From: a virus
Taxonomy: Duplodnaviria; Caudoviricetes
IMG/VR virus record: IMGVR_UViG_2930556935_000001
Location: 7,108 to 71,107 of that record
Reading direction: 5' to 3' (one strand)
Length of the DNA stretch: 64,000 nucleotides
Shown: piece by piece, positions 40,122 through 48,933 of the stretch
Layout: each line of letters opens with the position of its first letter
Numbering within the stretch: position 1 is the stretch's first letter
Program-made: the position numbers and the translations under genes
Notes under the pieces: model-generated
Databases searched by the model: none
What the model was told of the DNA's origin: nothing
Seen by the model: the letters and a program-made list of their open reading frames with translations, nothing else

Positions 40122-40675
40122 GAGCCTCCGCCTTCGGCCGGCTCAAGCGCAGCCAGGAACGCCGCGTTATCGGGCAGAGCGGTCAGCGGCCAGGACGCCA
40201 CCAGCTTCACCGGGTAGTAGCCGTCGGGGTTCGCCTTGTCCGCAGCGAAGCGCCCCACCGTGTGCGGCTCCTCCTGGAAACCCTCGTACACCTCGAACGT
40301 CCGTGCATCGAAGTCGACGACGTAGCCCCACTCGGCGAAGAGCGAGTCGGCAGGGAAGTACGACGCGTCCTCGATCACTCCTGCCGCGAGGATCGCAGCG
40401 GGGTCGCCCTGTGTTTCGCGCAGGAGCTGGTACCAGGTAGGCCGCTCCGACCGACCGCCAACGCTGGCGTTGTAGAACGGCCTGAGCCGGTCGAAGTCCT
40501 CGTCTGTCGGCTCGCTGCCGTCGGCGACTACGCGCAGCGCGCGAGCAGCCGTGGCGGCAGCCCCCATGTCCGCAGTACGCGCCCACGCCAGGACTCCCGA
40601 GCCGGGCTCATGGTGGCAGTACGCCGTCTTCGTCTCGCCGGCCACGGCGAAGGAAACGAATCCTCGGGTACTCAT
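40118..40675 (-). CDS. conserved hypothetical phage protein
   Basis: MSTRG...SLFAEWGYVVDFDARTFEVY. Confidence 0.65.
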   Translation of the reverse strand: MSTRGFVSFAVAGETKTAYCHHEPGSGVLAWARTADMGAAATAARALRVVADGSEPTDEDFDRLRPFYNASVGGRSERPTWYQLLRETQGDPAAILAAGVIEDASYFPADSLFAEWGYVVDFDARTFEVYEGFQEEPHTVGRFAADKANPDGYYPVKLVASWPLTALPDNAAFLAALEPAEGGGS

Positions 40676-40677
40676 GG

Positions 40678-41568
40678 TCACTTCACCGCCGTGTAGCAGG
40701 TCGCCCACGTGACTTCGAGCGTCGCCTTCGCGCCCGGCTTGGCGTAGCCGCGGTTCGACAGCTTGTTGTTGCCGATGATCCGGCTCTCGTTCTGCCACAC
40801 CCACGACGACGTGGTCAAAGCGGTGCCGCCGGACTTCAGCTTCACCCCGTCCAGGTAGACGGTCACGGTCCCGCCGCGCCGCTCCCACGTGTAGGTGTGG
40901 GCGTCCGTCATGTGCGCGGACGTCTGCACCTGCCACTCGCCGCCGCCGTGGTTGAACATCGCCACGTTGCTGTCGGTGTAGTCGTCGACCTCCGGGTAGT
41001 CGACTTCGGCCCCGCCGCGCTCGTAGCGCAGCCACGCCGACTTGAAGCCGGGCACGGCCTGCGTCACGCGGACGCGCGCGCTGTACCGCCCGTCCCGCAG
41101 GTTCATGCACTTCTTGGGGACGACCGCGGCGACGACGTTGTTGCCGCCGCCCGCCGGCCGGTACATGGCCACCCTCAGGGCGCCGCCGCCGATGCTCACG
41201 GTCTTCTGCGGCTCGTACGTGCCACCGTACGGGGCACCGCCGTTGCCGTCGGCTCCGCTGTTCGCGGTGTCTTCCCAGCCGGACGGGTACGCCCACAGGG
41301 TGTCGCGCCACTTCCCCTTCAGGCCCGAGCAGTAGGCGGACGGCCGGTCGGCGTTGTTGTTGCAGCCGCTGAACGAGCCGACCGGCACCGCCGTGTCGTT
41401 GAAGTTCTCCGCCCACACCTGGTGCCACCCGGGCAGATCGCCCTTCGGCAGCGAGTTCGGAACGGTCGCCGCGTTCGATGTCGGGGCAAAAGAAAGGACC
41501 GTCGCGAGGACGGTCCCGATAGCCGCGAGGATCAGCGGTCGACGTTTTGGTTTGGCGTGCTTAGGCAT
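40678..41568 (-). CDS. secreted glycoside hydrolase family 16-like protein
   Basis: Signal peptide; W..VWAENFND; GRYSARVR; catalytic ExDxxE (EVDYPE); HTYTWE...YLDG. Confidence 0.8.
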   Translation of the reverse strand: MPKHAKPKRRPLILAAIGTVLATVLSFAPTSNAATVPNSLPKGDLPGWHQVWAENFNDTAVPVGSFSGCNNNADRPSAYCSGLKGKWRDTLWAYPSGWEDTANSGADGNGGAPYGGTYEPQKTVSIGGGALRVAMYRPAGGGNNVVAAVVPKKCMNLRDGRYSARVRVTQAVPGFKSAWLRYERGGAEVDYPEVDDYTDSNVAMFNHGGGEWQVQTSAHMTDAHTYTWERRGGTVTVYLDGVKLKSGGTALTTSSWVWQNESRIIGNNKLSNRGYAKPGAKATLEVTWATCYTAVK

Positions 41569-41598
41569 TGTCGTCCTTCACTGTCATGTGGAATTCTA

Positions 41599-41901
41599 TT
41601 ACCGCTGCGCGTCCTCTTCGAATGCGTCCGCCGCAGAACTCACGACGTGCGCCACGAAGGCGGCGGGACCGTGAACGGATATTGCCCACGGCTGCCCGCC
41701 CTCGAAAGCGAAGGACACGTCGGCCGTGTACCGCGGCAGCGGATCGGCCGGCCCGGGAGCTTCCTCGTTGATGACGTCGTGCATCGTCACCTCTCTCTGG
41801 CCCACGCGTTTGACCTCTTCCGATATGGGCCCCTCCGGGCGGCACGCTTCATGCACGCATCCCGTGCCGGAGGGCGGCACCTTCTTGCACGCGTAGGTCA
41901 C
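41599..41901 (-). CDS. hypothetical protein
   Basis: GTGA overlap. Confidence 0.45.
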   Translation of the reverse strand: MTYACKKVPPSGTGCVHEACRPEGPISEEVKRVGQREVTMHDVINEEAPGPADPLPRYTADVSFAFEGGQPWAISVHGPAAFVAHVVSSAADAFEEDAQR

Positions 41902-42200
41902 GGCGCCCTGTCTTTCACTAGGTCGATTTCGCCGCCGGGGCATGTGCCACGGCTCAGCGATTCGCCGGACTGGTAATCGTTCTGGCGGTCCGACCACGGC
42001 CCCGGGGTATACAGGTAATGGCTTCGCACCGCGCTGCGATATACGCCGTCATTGCCTTCGACTTCCCACACGCCGTGCTCGGGACGGACCTGACCGCAGC
42101 ACGGGCAGTAGTAGCGGGGCGCCGTCACTTCCGGGCGGGGAGCCTCCGGCGGCGTGCTGGGGATACGGCGCCTGCGCCGCCGCGTCTGAGCGGGTGTCAC
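41898..42200 (-). CDS. Zn-finger hypothetical protein
   Basis: CPCC...H...CPG. Confidence 0.5.
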   Translation of the reverse strand: MTPAQTRRRRRRIPSTPPEAPRPEVTAPRYYCPCCGQVRPEHGVWEVEGNDGVYRSAVRSHYLYTPGPWSDRQNDYQSGESLSRGTCPGGEIDLVKDRAP

Positions 42201-42523
42201 TGCTCGATCAGGCGGTCAAGGCGCCTCAGGGCGTCGTCCCTGCCCATATAGAAGATGTTCGACTGATCAAAGGTCAGACCGAGTGCGTCTCTGGCGTAGT
42301 CCTCGATCGACCGGGCACCGCCGTTCACGGTATCGGCGCTCCACGCGCCGTCCAACTCCCGTTCCCAGTCGATGACGGCTCCGCTCAGGAAGGCGGCCCA
42401 ACCGGCGATGCAGTGCGTCGTACCGCACTCCGTCTTGAGCCCCCAGTTCCCTTGATCGTGCTTTTCAGGATGGCGCCTTATCGTCTCGCGCACTTTCCGT
42501 AGCAGTTCAGTGTTGACCGGCAT
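42197..42523 (-). CDS. conserved actinophage hypothetical protein
   Basis: NTELLRKV..I..HPE.HDQ..W...CGTTHCIAGWA. Confidence 0.7.
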   Translation of the reverse strand: MPVNTELLRKVRETIRRHPEKHDQGNWGLKTECGTTHCIAGWAAFLSGAVIDWERELDGAWSADTVNGGARSIEDYARDALGLTFDQSNIFYMGRDDALRRLDRLIEQ

Positions 42524-42532
42524 TGCTCTCCC

Positions 42533-42763
42533 TCACGATGAATAGCCGGGTACATAGGGCTGAGGCGGTTTGTCCGGATGGACGACGCACCGCCCGTCGT
42601 CGTCGATGTGCTTCGCGAGACCCGGGGGCTTTCGCAGCACACCGCACCGGCAGGTAGGCCTCAGGCTCTCCGCGGAATTCCAGCTCTCGCGCCGCTGCGC
42701 GTCCGCCCGGATTTCCGCCAGCCTCTCTGCGCTGATGACGGCTGCGTTCTTCGCCTTAGCCAC
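42533..42763 (-). CDS. hypothetical protein
   Basis: Operonic. Confidence 0.45.
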   Translation of the reverse strand: MAKAKNAAVISAERLAEIRADAQRRESWNSAESLRPTCRCGVLRKPPGLAKHIDDDGRCVVHPDKPPQPYVPGYSS

Positions 42764-43208
42764 CGCGCAAGACCTGGTCGGTGACGGCGCCGTTCGTCCA
42801 GGTGCGGCCGTCCAAGTCCTCGTACATCACAGCGAGTTCGACGGGGCCCGCGAGGCGGACGCGGTGGCGGTCGGTCGCCATCGTGAAGTCCTCGGCTTCC
42901 CGCGACCAGTTGAGCGTCAGGTTCCCCATGCGCCCGTGCTTGCCGAGATCCGTCATCCCGCGGAAGATCCCGTTGCGGAGGATGTTCGAGTCCTCGCGGA
43001 CGGTCTTCTCAGCTTCACGAAGCCGGCTGTCGAGACGCGACGTGTGCTCGCGCGCCGCCTTCAGCCCCGCTTCGAGTTCCGCGATGCGATAGTCCTTCGA
43101 CTTCGTCCAGCGCCGCCACGTCTTGCACGGCCACGGCTTGCCGTCCTCAACGCAGTGCAGAGGCTCGTATTCGTTGGTGCTCGCCTCGTGGTCGGTCGGC
43201 TCTCTCAC
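42756..43208 (-). CDS. coiled-coil hypothetical protein
   Basis: CVEDGKPWPCKT motif plus coiled coil. Confidence 0.6.
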   Translation of the reverse strand: MREPTDHEASTNEYEPLHCVEDGKPWPCKTWRRWTKSKDYRIAELEAGLKAAREHTSRLDSRLREAEKTVREDSNILRNGIFRGMTDLGKHGRMGNLTLNWSREAEDFTMATDRHRVRLAGPVELAVMYEDLDGRTWTNGAVTDQVLRGG

Positions 43209-43492
43209 GTCAGCCGCTCCCGCTCCTCGTTGTAGCGGTCGATGGCGAGGCGGACGTCAGCCTTGAAGGCTTCAGCAATCACCGTCCGTCCCCGCCACCG
43301 GTCGACCTCTTTGATCAGCTCTTCGACGCGCGCCTTCAGTTCGGCGTCCGCGACGCGGCGCCGCGCGCCTTCGATCTCGAACGCGGCCTGAGAGGACAGC
43401 CCGCAGTACGGACACGGCTTGTTCTGCTGGAAGGCGTTCAGGACGCCGGAGGTGTGCGAGCGGCAGCCGGGGCAGCTCATCCGGTCACCCAT
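43205..43492 (-). CDS. Zn-finger coiled-coil protein
   Basis: CPGC...CPYC. Confidence 0.6.
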   Translation of the reverse strand: MGDRMSCPGCRSHTSGVLNAFQQNKPCPYCGLSSQAAFEIEGARRRVADAELKARVEELIKEVDRWRGRTVIAEAFKADVRLAIDRYNEERERLT

Positions 43493-43688
43493 CGCGGTCC
43501 CCCTCGGCGAGTTCGACCAGGCGCCGGTAGCTGTCGGCCATAGCCTGCGTCCGGTTGCGGCTGCGGTGGCGGCGGGACGCGGTGCCCATCGGCTCGCCCG
43601 GATAGGTGGCGTCCATTTCGAGGCAGCGGAGATCCATCTGCGCGGCGCGTATCTTCAGCTCGGCGATGACCAGCGGGTGAATGGCCAT
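43485..43688 (-). CDS. hypothetical protein
   Basis: MAIHPLVIAELK, TGATG coupling. Confidence 0.5.
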   Translation of the reverse strand: MAIHPLVIAELKIRAAQMDLRCLEMDATYPGEPMGTASRRHRSRNRTQAMADSYRRLVELAEGDRDG

Positions 43689-43810
43689 CAGCTGTAGTGC
43701 CCTGAGCGGTGGATTTCCATTTCGACGTACGTGTCGAACACGGCGCCGCAGCCGGGATAGACGCACCCCCAACTGCACAGCGCGGCAATCCTGTTCAGCC
43801 ATTTACGCAT
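43688..43810 (-). CDS. 40-aa C2H2 zinc-finger microprotein
   Basis: Not in ORF track; MRKWLNRIAALCSWGCVYPGCGAVFDTYVEMEIHRSGHYS, RBS AAAGGAAG, TGATG coupling. Confidence 0.65.
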   Translation of the reverse strand: MRKWLNRIAALCSWGCVYPGCGAVFDTYVEMEIHRSGHYS

Positions 43811-43897
43811 CGGTGCACTTCCTTTCATGCAGAAAGCCCCCGACCGGATGGCCAGGGGCTTGACGTTGCAGCGCGCAACGGGGGTGTTGAGGGGCGG

Positions 43898-44206
43898 TCA
43901 GTTGCGGGACTTGCGCCACACGTCGCGGAGGATGACGACGCAGATCGTCAGGGCCACCGCGGCGAGCGCGAGGCACACCGCAACGACCGCGAGGCCGATC
44001 ATGAAGGCGATGGCGACGGCACCGAGGACGGCGACCGCGAACACGGCGCCGCAGCCGCCCGCGACGTACATCCCCCACGGGCGCGCAACGATCGGCTGTT
44101 GCGGTGCAACGGCGGGCTGTTGCGGCCACGCGTAGATGGGCCGCCCGTCGCTGTCGATACCGACCTGCGGGAGGGGCGGTGCAACGGGGGGCGTGCGGCG
44201 TGGCAT
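43898..44206 (-). CDS. SpdD-like small membrane spread protein
   Basis: Pro/Gln-rich N-terminus, long hydrophobic C-terminus; in transfer cluster. Confidence 0.6.
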   Translation of the reverse strand: MPRRTPPVAPPLPQVGIDSDGRPIYAWPQQPAVAPQQPIVARPWGMYVAGGCGAVFAVAVLGAVAIAFMIGLAVVAVCLALAAVALTICVVILRDVWRKSRN

Positions 44207-44207
44207 C

Positions 44208-44531
44208 TCAGACCCGGTAGCCGGCGCTGCGCGCGGCCCGCTCGACACGGCGCACGTCTCGGTCGACCTCGCGCTGCTGGTCCCTCGCGGCGCGCTTCTC
44301 GGCTCCGCCCCGAGCGGTGCGCACCGCAGCCTTCGCGGCGGCGGCGTCGACCCGGGCGCGGTTCAGAACGCTGCGCATGGCGGCTTCGTCGGCTTGCCTG
44401 CGGTCGTCCTTGCGGTCCTTCATGCGGTCAAGCTCCGCGTCGATGCGCGGGTCGACTCCGGCGGACGCCTGCCTGCCGCCCTTCAGCAGCAGCATGGCGC
44501 GGCGGATGTTCTCTCCGGTTGTGTAGGGCAT
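44208..44531 (-). CDS. plasmid/AICE transfer-cluster protein
   Basis: TTGENIRRAMLL...VDPRIDAELDR...; basic helical protein downstream of traB. Confidence 0.55.
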   Translation of the reverse strand: MPYTTGENIRRAMLLLKGGRQASAGVDPRIDAELDRMKDRKDDRRQADEAAMRSVLNRARVDAAAAKAAVRTARGGAEKRAARDQQREVDRDVRRVERAARSAGYRV

Positions 44532-44545
44532 GCGGGGTTTCTCCT

Positions 44546-44797
44546 TCAGCGGGTGCCTTCACGGTGCACTGCGCGGGCGTGGTTGTGGATGCGGCGACCG
44601 ATGCGGAGCCGCTTGCCGGTCGTCTTGCAGCGGCGGCACGGTCTGCCGCGCTTGAGCCGTCCATCGCGGCCGGACTTCATTCGGTGTCCCCAGCCGTCGC
44701 ACCGGCGGCAGCGCCCGAAAGGGCTGACCCAGCAGAGCAGTGGATATCCGGTGAGCAGCGCGAGAACGAGCGCCGTAGTGAGCAGCGCAGAAACCAT
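44546..44797 (-). CDS. membrane-anchored Zn-finger protein typical downstream of AICE traB
   Basis: TM helix then PFGRCRRCDG.G...CRRCKTTGKRLRIGRR. Confidence 0.7.
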   Translation of the reverse strand: MVSALLTTALVLALLTGYPLLCWVSPFGRCRRCDGWGHRMKSGRDGRLKRGRPCRRCKTTGKRLRIGRRIHNHARAVHREGTR

Positions 44798-44841
44798 GAC
44801 TTCCGCCTCCCGGGCGGATTCGGGGGTGTCGCGGGGTGGTG

Positions 44842-44919
44842 GTGCTACGTGCTGCACCGCAGGCCAAGACCGCAGAAGGTGCTAGCGGAGGTGCTACACG
44901 TAGCAGTGGCCCGTGCTAC
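44842..44919. repeat. GTGCTA(C/G)-type short repeats, candidate cis-acting transfer locus
   Basis: GTGCTAC at 44842, 44891, 44913; GTGCTGC 44849; GTGCTAG 44879; inverted variant at 44900. Confidence 0.55.
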
Positions 44920-47012
44920 CCGCTCTGATCGAGAGAGGCACGTTCGATGCCCCGTCGCGTGGTGCGCTTGCCGTCGTCGGTGTAGCCCGCGATGTCCTTC
45001 GTTTCGATGCCGTGCGGCTTCAGGTTCGCGGTGACGGTCTCGCCCTTCCACCCGTCGTAAATGTCGGGGCGCAGCGCGGCGAGGCGTGAAGCGATGCGCT
45101 CGTTCCAGATGCTCTTCTCGTCAGCCGCGACAACGCGGCGGACGTCCGCCACGAGGTCGAATGTCGGCTCGCCGGACTCGGGCATCTGCCCGACGGCGTG
45201 CCCGGTGACGTTGCCGTATTCCTCGCGCACCTTCCGGGCCCGCGCGGTGACCAGGTCCGCCGCGGGGCCGTCGACGAACGCCGACGCCGCGATCACGGGG
45301 TCGTCGCCTTCGCCAGCCATGAAGCAGATGCCACGGTCGGAGCGGCTGAACATCGTCGCCCGGATCCCTGCCTTGTACGCGCCGGTGCCAAGCACCATGT
45401 CGTTCGCAGTGTGGCCCATCACTTTGAGGCAGAAGCGCAGGATCGCGTTCGCGCTGATGCCGGGCGGGAGGCTCTTCGCGTCGGGCCGCTGCGTCGCGAA
45501 CATGCCGACGATGCCGAGGGCCGGTCCGCGCTTGCCGAGGTCGATGCAGATCGATTCGATTTCCGCGCCGTGCTTTTCGTGCTCGAACGCGATCTGGCAT
45601 TCGTCCAGTCCGACGACGATGGGGTGCAACCCGTACCGCTTGTCGCTCGCGAGCTGCGGCGTCACCTTGTTCTCGGGACAGATCGAGCGGGGCAACGCCT
45701 TGATCACCTTCGCGCGGCGCCGCAGCTCTTCCTTCAGCTCCCGCAACGCGTGCAGGACGTACAGGATGTCTTCGTCCTCTTCGCCCGACCGGTAGCGGTG
45801 GCATACCGGTTCCAGCGGACCGAGGTCGCCGGTGCCCTTGAAGTCGAACGCGTAGATCATCGAGCGCGGATCGAGTGCGAAGATCAGCAGAAGCAGCCTG
45901 AGCAGGAACGTCTTGCCCATGCGGGGAACCGACCCGATGACGATCGACGCGAACATCAGGGTGACGTGGACGTCCCGCATCCGCTGGTCGTTGCCGAACA
46001 CGACGGGCTTGAAGAGATCCACCATGCCGGACTTCAGTAGCGGCCACGGCGGCTTCGTCGTCTCGTTCATCGGGCGGTCGCCCACCCACAGGATGAGGCG
46101 CCCCTCGTGCTCCTCGGGGTCCGCCGCAGGCCACACGCAGCCCAGCTTGCGGCGGAGGCCGGAGGCCAGTGAGCTGCGCTCTTCCATGATGTCTTCCGGC
46201 GTGACGCCGTACGGCAAGTCGATGTCGGCGCGGTAGCCGGGGCCATCGCGGCAGATCTCGGACGTGAACTTCATCCCGTCCATGTCGCCGCCCTTCTTGA
46301 TGGCGGCACTGATCTTCGCGTTGCCGATGGCTCCGAGCGCCCTCATCACGATCGAGAACGTCAGCTTCTGCACTTCGGTCTTCAGCACGGCCGGCCCGAT
46401 GACGGGGGCGTCCAGGCGCTGACCTGCGTAACCGAGCCCCATCACACCGACCGCGGCGAACACGTACAGCCATGCGGGCGCCATCACGCACAGCGTGAGC
46501 GCGACCCCGAGACCGAACACCGCCGCAATCACGGTGGCGAAGCCCCGCAGCCGCACCCGTCCGGCCCGCAGCCGGGCCAGGGCCATGTACTCGCTCGCGT
46601 CTTCCTGCCGCACCGCGTAGTCCCGCAGCGGGGCCGCCTCCACGTCCCACAGCCACGCGTTCGCGGCCACCGCGAGGCGGACAGCCCCGGCGGGTGCGCG
46701 AGCGGCGAGGCGGGCCGGGTAGACGCCGCCGACGGTCCGGACGCCGTGGTACAGCGAGGCGTACGCGACGTGAGCGCCGACGTGCCGGGCGGTGGCGAGG
46801 AAGTCGCGCCGGTTGGTCAGCCATCCCGCGACGATCGGACGCCGCTTCTCGGTGACGATGCCGGGCGCGGGCAGGTTCGGGTTGTCGACGGGCACGGGCG
46901 CCGCGTCCGGTTCCAGGCTGTACGTCTCGGTGTCGGGGTCGGCGTCGTCGACCTTCGTCAGCGTCACGGGCCGGCTGTCGAGCGTGCCGCGTGTGCCGTC
47001 GGCGATGCTCAC
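44916..47012 (-). CDS. traB: TraB-like FtsK/SpoIIIE conjugative DNA translocase
   Basis: N-terminal TM pair, Walker A GSVPRMGKT, DFKGTGDL, Walker B IVVGLDECQ, ATQRPD, C-terminal wHTH-like domain. Confidence 0.9.
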   Translation of the reverse strand: MSIADGTRGTLDSRPVTLTKVDDADPDTETYSLEPDAAPVPVDNPNLPAPGIVTEKRRPIVAGWLTNRRDFLATARHVGAHVAYASLYHGVRTVGGVYPARLAARAPAGAVRLAVAANAWLWDVEAAPLRDYAVRQEDASEYMALARLRAGRVRLRGFATVIAAVFGLGVALTLCVMAPAWLYVFAAVGVMGLGYAGQRLDAPVIGPAVLKTEVQKLTFSIVMRALGAIGNAKISAAIKKGGDMDGMKFTSEICRDGPGYRADIDLPYGVTPEDIMEERSSLASGLRRKLGCVWPAADPEEHEGRLILWVGDRPMNETTKPPWPLLKSGMVDLFKPVVFGNDQRMRDVHVTLMFASIVIGSVPRMGKTFLLRLLLLIFALDPRSMIYAFDFKGTGDLGPLEPVCHRYRSGEEDEDILYVLHALRELKEELRRRAKVIKALPRSICPENKVTPQLASDKRYGLHPIVVGLDECQIAFEHEKHGAEIESICIDLGKRGPALGIVGMFATQRPDAKSLPPGISANAILRFCLKVMGHTANDMVLGTGAYKAGIRATMFSRSDRGICFMAGEGDDPVIAASAFVDGPAADLVTARARKVREEYGNVTGHAVGQMPESGEPTFDLVADVRRVVAADEKSIWNERIASRLAALRPDIYDGWKGETVTANLKPHGIETKDIAGYTDDGKRTTRRGIERASLDQSG

Positions 47013-47884
47013 GGCTGGAACGCCGCAACATCAGCAGCGTCGAAGACGTGTGACCCGCCATCGGCGCCCGCCGCAACGGGGGTGAGCCGGCCGCGATGCA
47101 CCCACGACCGGACGGTCTCCGGCTTCACCTTCTTCAGCGCCGCGACTTGAGCGGTCGTCAGCGTCTCGCCACGGTGGGCGGCGGGTGCCGTGGCGCGGCG
47201 CGCGATCGGCAGCAGAACGGCGCCCGCCGGAACGACGTCCGCCATCGGCGAGCTGCGCCGTGCAACGGGAGGCGCGACAACCACCGGCGGGGCCGTGGCG
47301 GCGGACACCAGGGGCAGCAGTACAGCGCCCGCCGGAGCGGTCACCGGCCACAGGACCGCAGCGCCCCCGCCACGCACTGCAACGCGGGGTGTTGCAGTGC
47401 CACGCCATGCCGTTGCAACGCGTCCCCAGGTGAGTGCGGCGAGGTGCGTGCCGAGTCCGATACAGACGACCGGCGCCGCCGACGCGAGGATGACGTGCCC
47501 CCATGTCGGCACATCGCTGGACGCAGTAATTCCAGCGGCTGCCGATCCGTGCGCGACATTCAGCGTGAGCGAAATTGCGGTAAGGCCGATAACCGTTCCG
47601 ATTGCCCACCGATATCCGGCACCGCCGTAAAGGACGATCGATGCGACGGCGGCGAGCCCGGCGAGCAGGTCGACGGCGAGCGGATAGAACTGCCGGACTT
47701 CGTGAAGGCCGATGGTGTCGGCGGTATCGCGGAGCGGCACCCACGAGACGCGCATACCGACGACGGCAACGAGCGCGAGAGCGGTGAGGATCAGGGCGAA
47801 CCCGGCGACGCTCATCGTCAGGTTCACGCTGTCGCGACTCTTGATCACCGCAGGGGGTGGCGGACTAGTCTTCTTCCGGGCCAT
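47009..47884 (-). CDS. DUF2637/Spd-like multi-TM protein with C-terminal HTH
   Basis: SW..LRD.A...YPLAVD...SLTLNVAH, four TMs; LTTAQVAALKKVKPETVRSWVHRGRL HTH; coupled to traB. Confidence 0.8.
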   Translation of the reverse strand: MARKKTSPPPPAVIKSRDSVNLTMSVAGFALILTALALVAVVGMRVSWVPLRDTADTIGLHEVRQFYPLAVDLLAGLAAVASIVLYGGAGYRWAIGTVIGLTAISLTLNVAHGSAAAGITASSDVPTWGHVILASAAPVVCIGLGTHLAALTWGRVATAWRGTATPRVAVRGGGAAVLWPVTAPAGAVLLPLVSAATAPPVVVAPPVARRSSPMADVVPAGAVLLPIARRATAPAAHRGETLTTAQVAALKKVKPETVRSWVHRGRLTPVAAGADGGSHVFDAADVAAFQP

Positions 47885-48061
47885 GGAGGTCAGTTCTCCT
47901 GGTCAAGGGTCCCGGTGTCGGTGGCAGCCTTCGCCGGGGCCCGCTGGTTGAGCCCCGCGAGCGCAGGGCCACTTATCGCTATACGCCGCAACGGCCGTGC
48001 GCCGCAATGGCGTTCGAGGATTCGCCACCGCGCGACACCCCCACAGGGGCGGGTGAGGCGG

Positions 48062-48295
48062 CTAGGCGTTGGCCACCTGTCCGCGCACCCACAGGTCGTA
48101 GGCGGCGAGGCGCCGGGCCACGGTGCCGTCGTCGTACCAGACGACCTGCGCCATTACGCAGTCATCGCAGCCGCCGCACGGCGGCCCTTCCATCGTCTGG
48201 CCGGCGCACCGCGAGTAGGCGGGACAGTCCTCGTTGGCGCAGATGTCGGGCCCGATGAGTTCGAACCACTGATCAGGGCATGTGCATTTGGTCAA
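48062..48295 (-). CDS. Cys-rich small protein
   Basis: CTC, C...C...C, CGGCDDC. Confidence 0.5.
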   Translation of the reverse strand: MTKCTCPDQWFELIGPDICANEDCPAYSRCAGQTMEGPPCGGCDDCVMAQVVWYDDGTVARRLAAYDLWVRGQVANA

Positions 48296-48462
48296 GGCGT
48301 CGCCTTCCAGTGCTTGCTACTCCATGAGCGGTGCTTGACCGAAACGGACACGAGGTGTTCCCGTCTCCAGCACCACGGGCAGGGGCGGTCATCGGACTTC
48401 AGCCGGTATCCGGCCCATCCGCATTCGCAGCAGAGGCGCCAGCAGTGGGCGCACTCACTCAT
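48292..48462 (-). CDS. Cys-rich small protein
   Basis: CAHC..CCEC...CPWC. Confidence 0.45.
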   Translation of the reverse strand: MSECAHCWRLCCECGWAGYRLKSDDRPCPWCWRREHLVSVSVKHRSWSSKHWKATP

Positions 48463-48691
48463 GCATCTCGCCGCGCACGTAGTGCCAGATGAAGTGCGGG
48501 TCTTCCATGTCGACGCAGACGACGCAGCGTTCCGCGGCGGTCGCGTCCGGGCCGTCGACCTTGAAGAGGTGGCCGCATACCGCGAACGTGCCGCCTTCGA
48601 TCCACGCCGGGAAGCAGACCAGGCAGCGCAGGTGCGCGATGTCGTCACCCGCTGTCCGGTCGGTGGTGGCCGGCTCGGCTTGCGTCGTCAC
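48455..48691 (-). CDS. small Zn-finger protein
   Basis: IAHLRCLVCF...AVCGH...CVVC. Confidence 0.6.
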   Translation of the reverse strand: MTTQAEPATTDRTAGDDIAHLRCLVCFPAWIEGGTFAVCGHLFKVDGPDATAAERCVVCVDMEDPHFIWHYVRGEMHE

Positions 48692-48933
48692 AGCCCCTCC
48701 CGGTGGATGCGCGCCGCCTCGCGGCGGACGATGAAGCGGGCGGCGGCGAACACCTGCGCGGCGGCTGTACAGCGCCGCTGCCGGGCTTCGTGGCGTTCCT
48801 CCGCCGTCGGCTCCCGGCCGTTCGCCACCGCGTCCAGGTAGCCCGCGTACAGCTGGTCCTTACGGGCGTAGTAGGCGGGCTCGTTCCGCGAGATGTACGA
48901 GGGATGGAACGGCCCCTCTGCTCGGGGGATCAT
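48688..48933 (-). CDS. hypothetical protein
   Basis: Operonic overlaps. Confidence 0.5.
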   Translation of the reverse strand: MIPRAEGPFHPSYISRNEPAYYARKDQLYAGYLDAVANGREPTAEERHEARQRRCTAAAQVFAAARFIVRREAARIHREGL

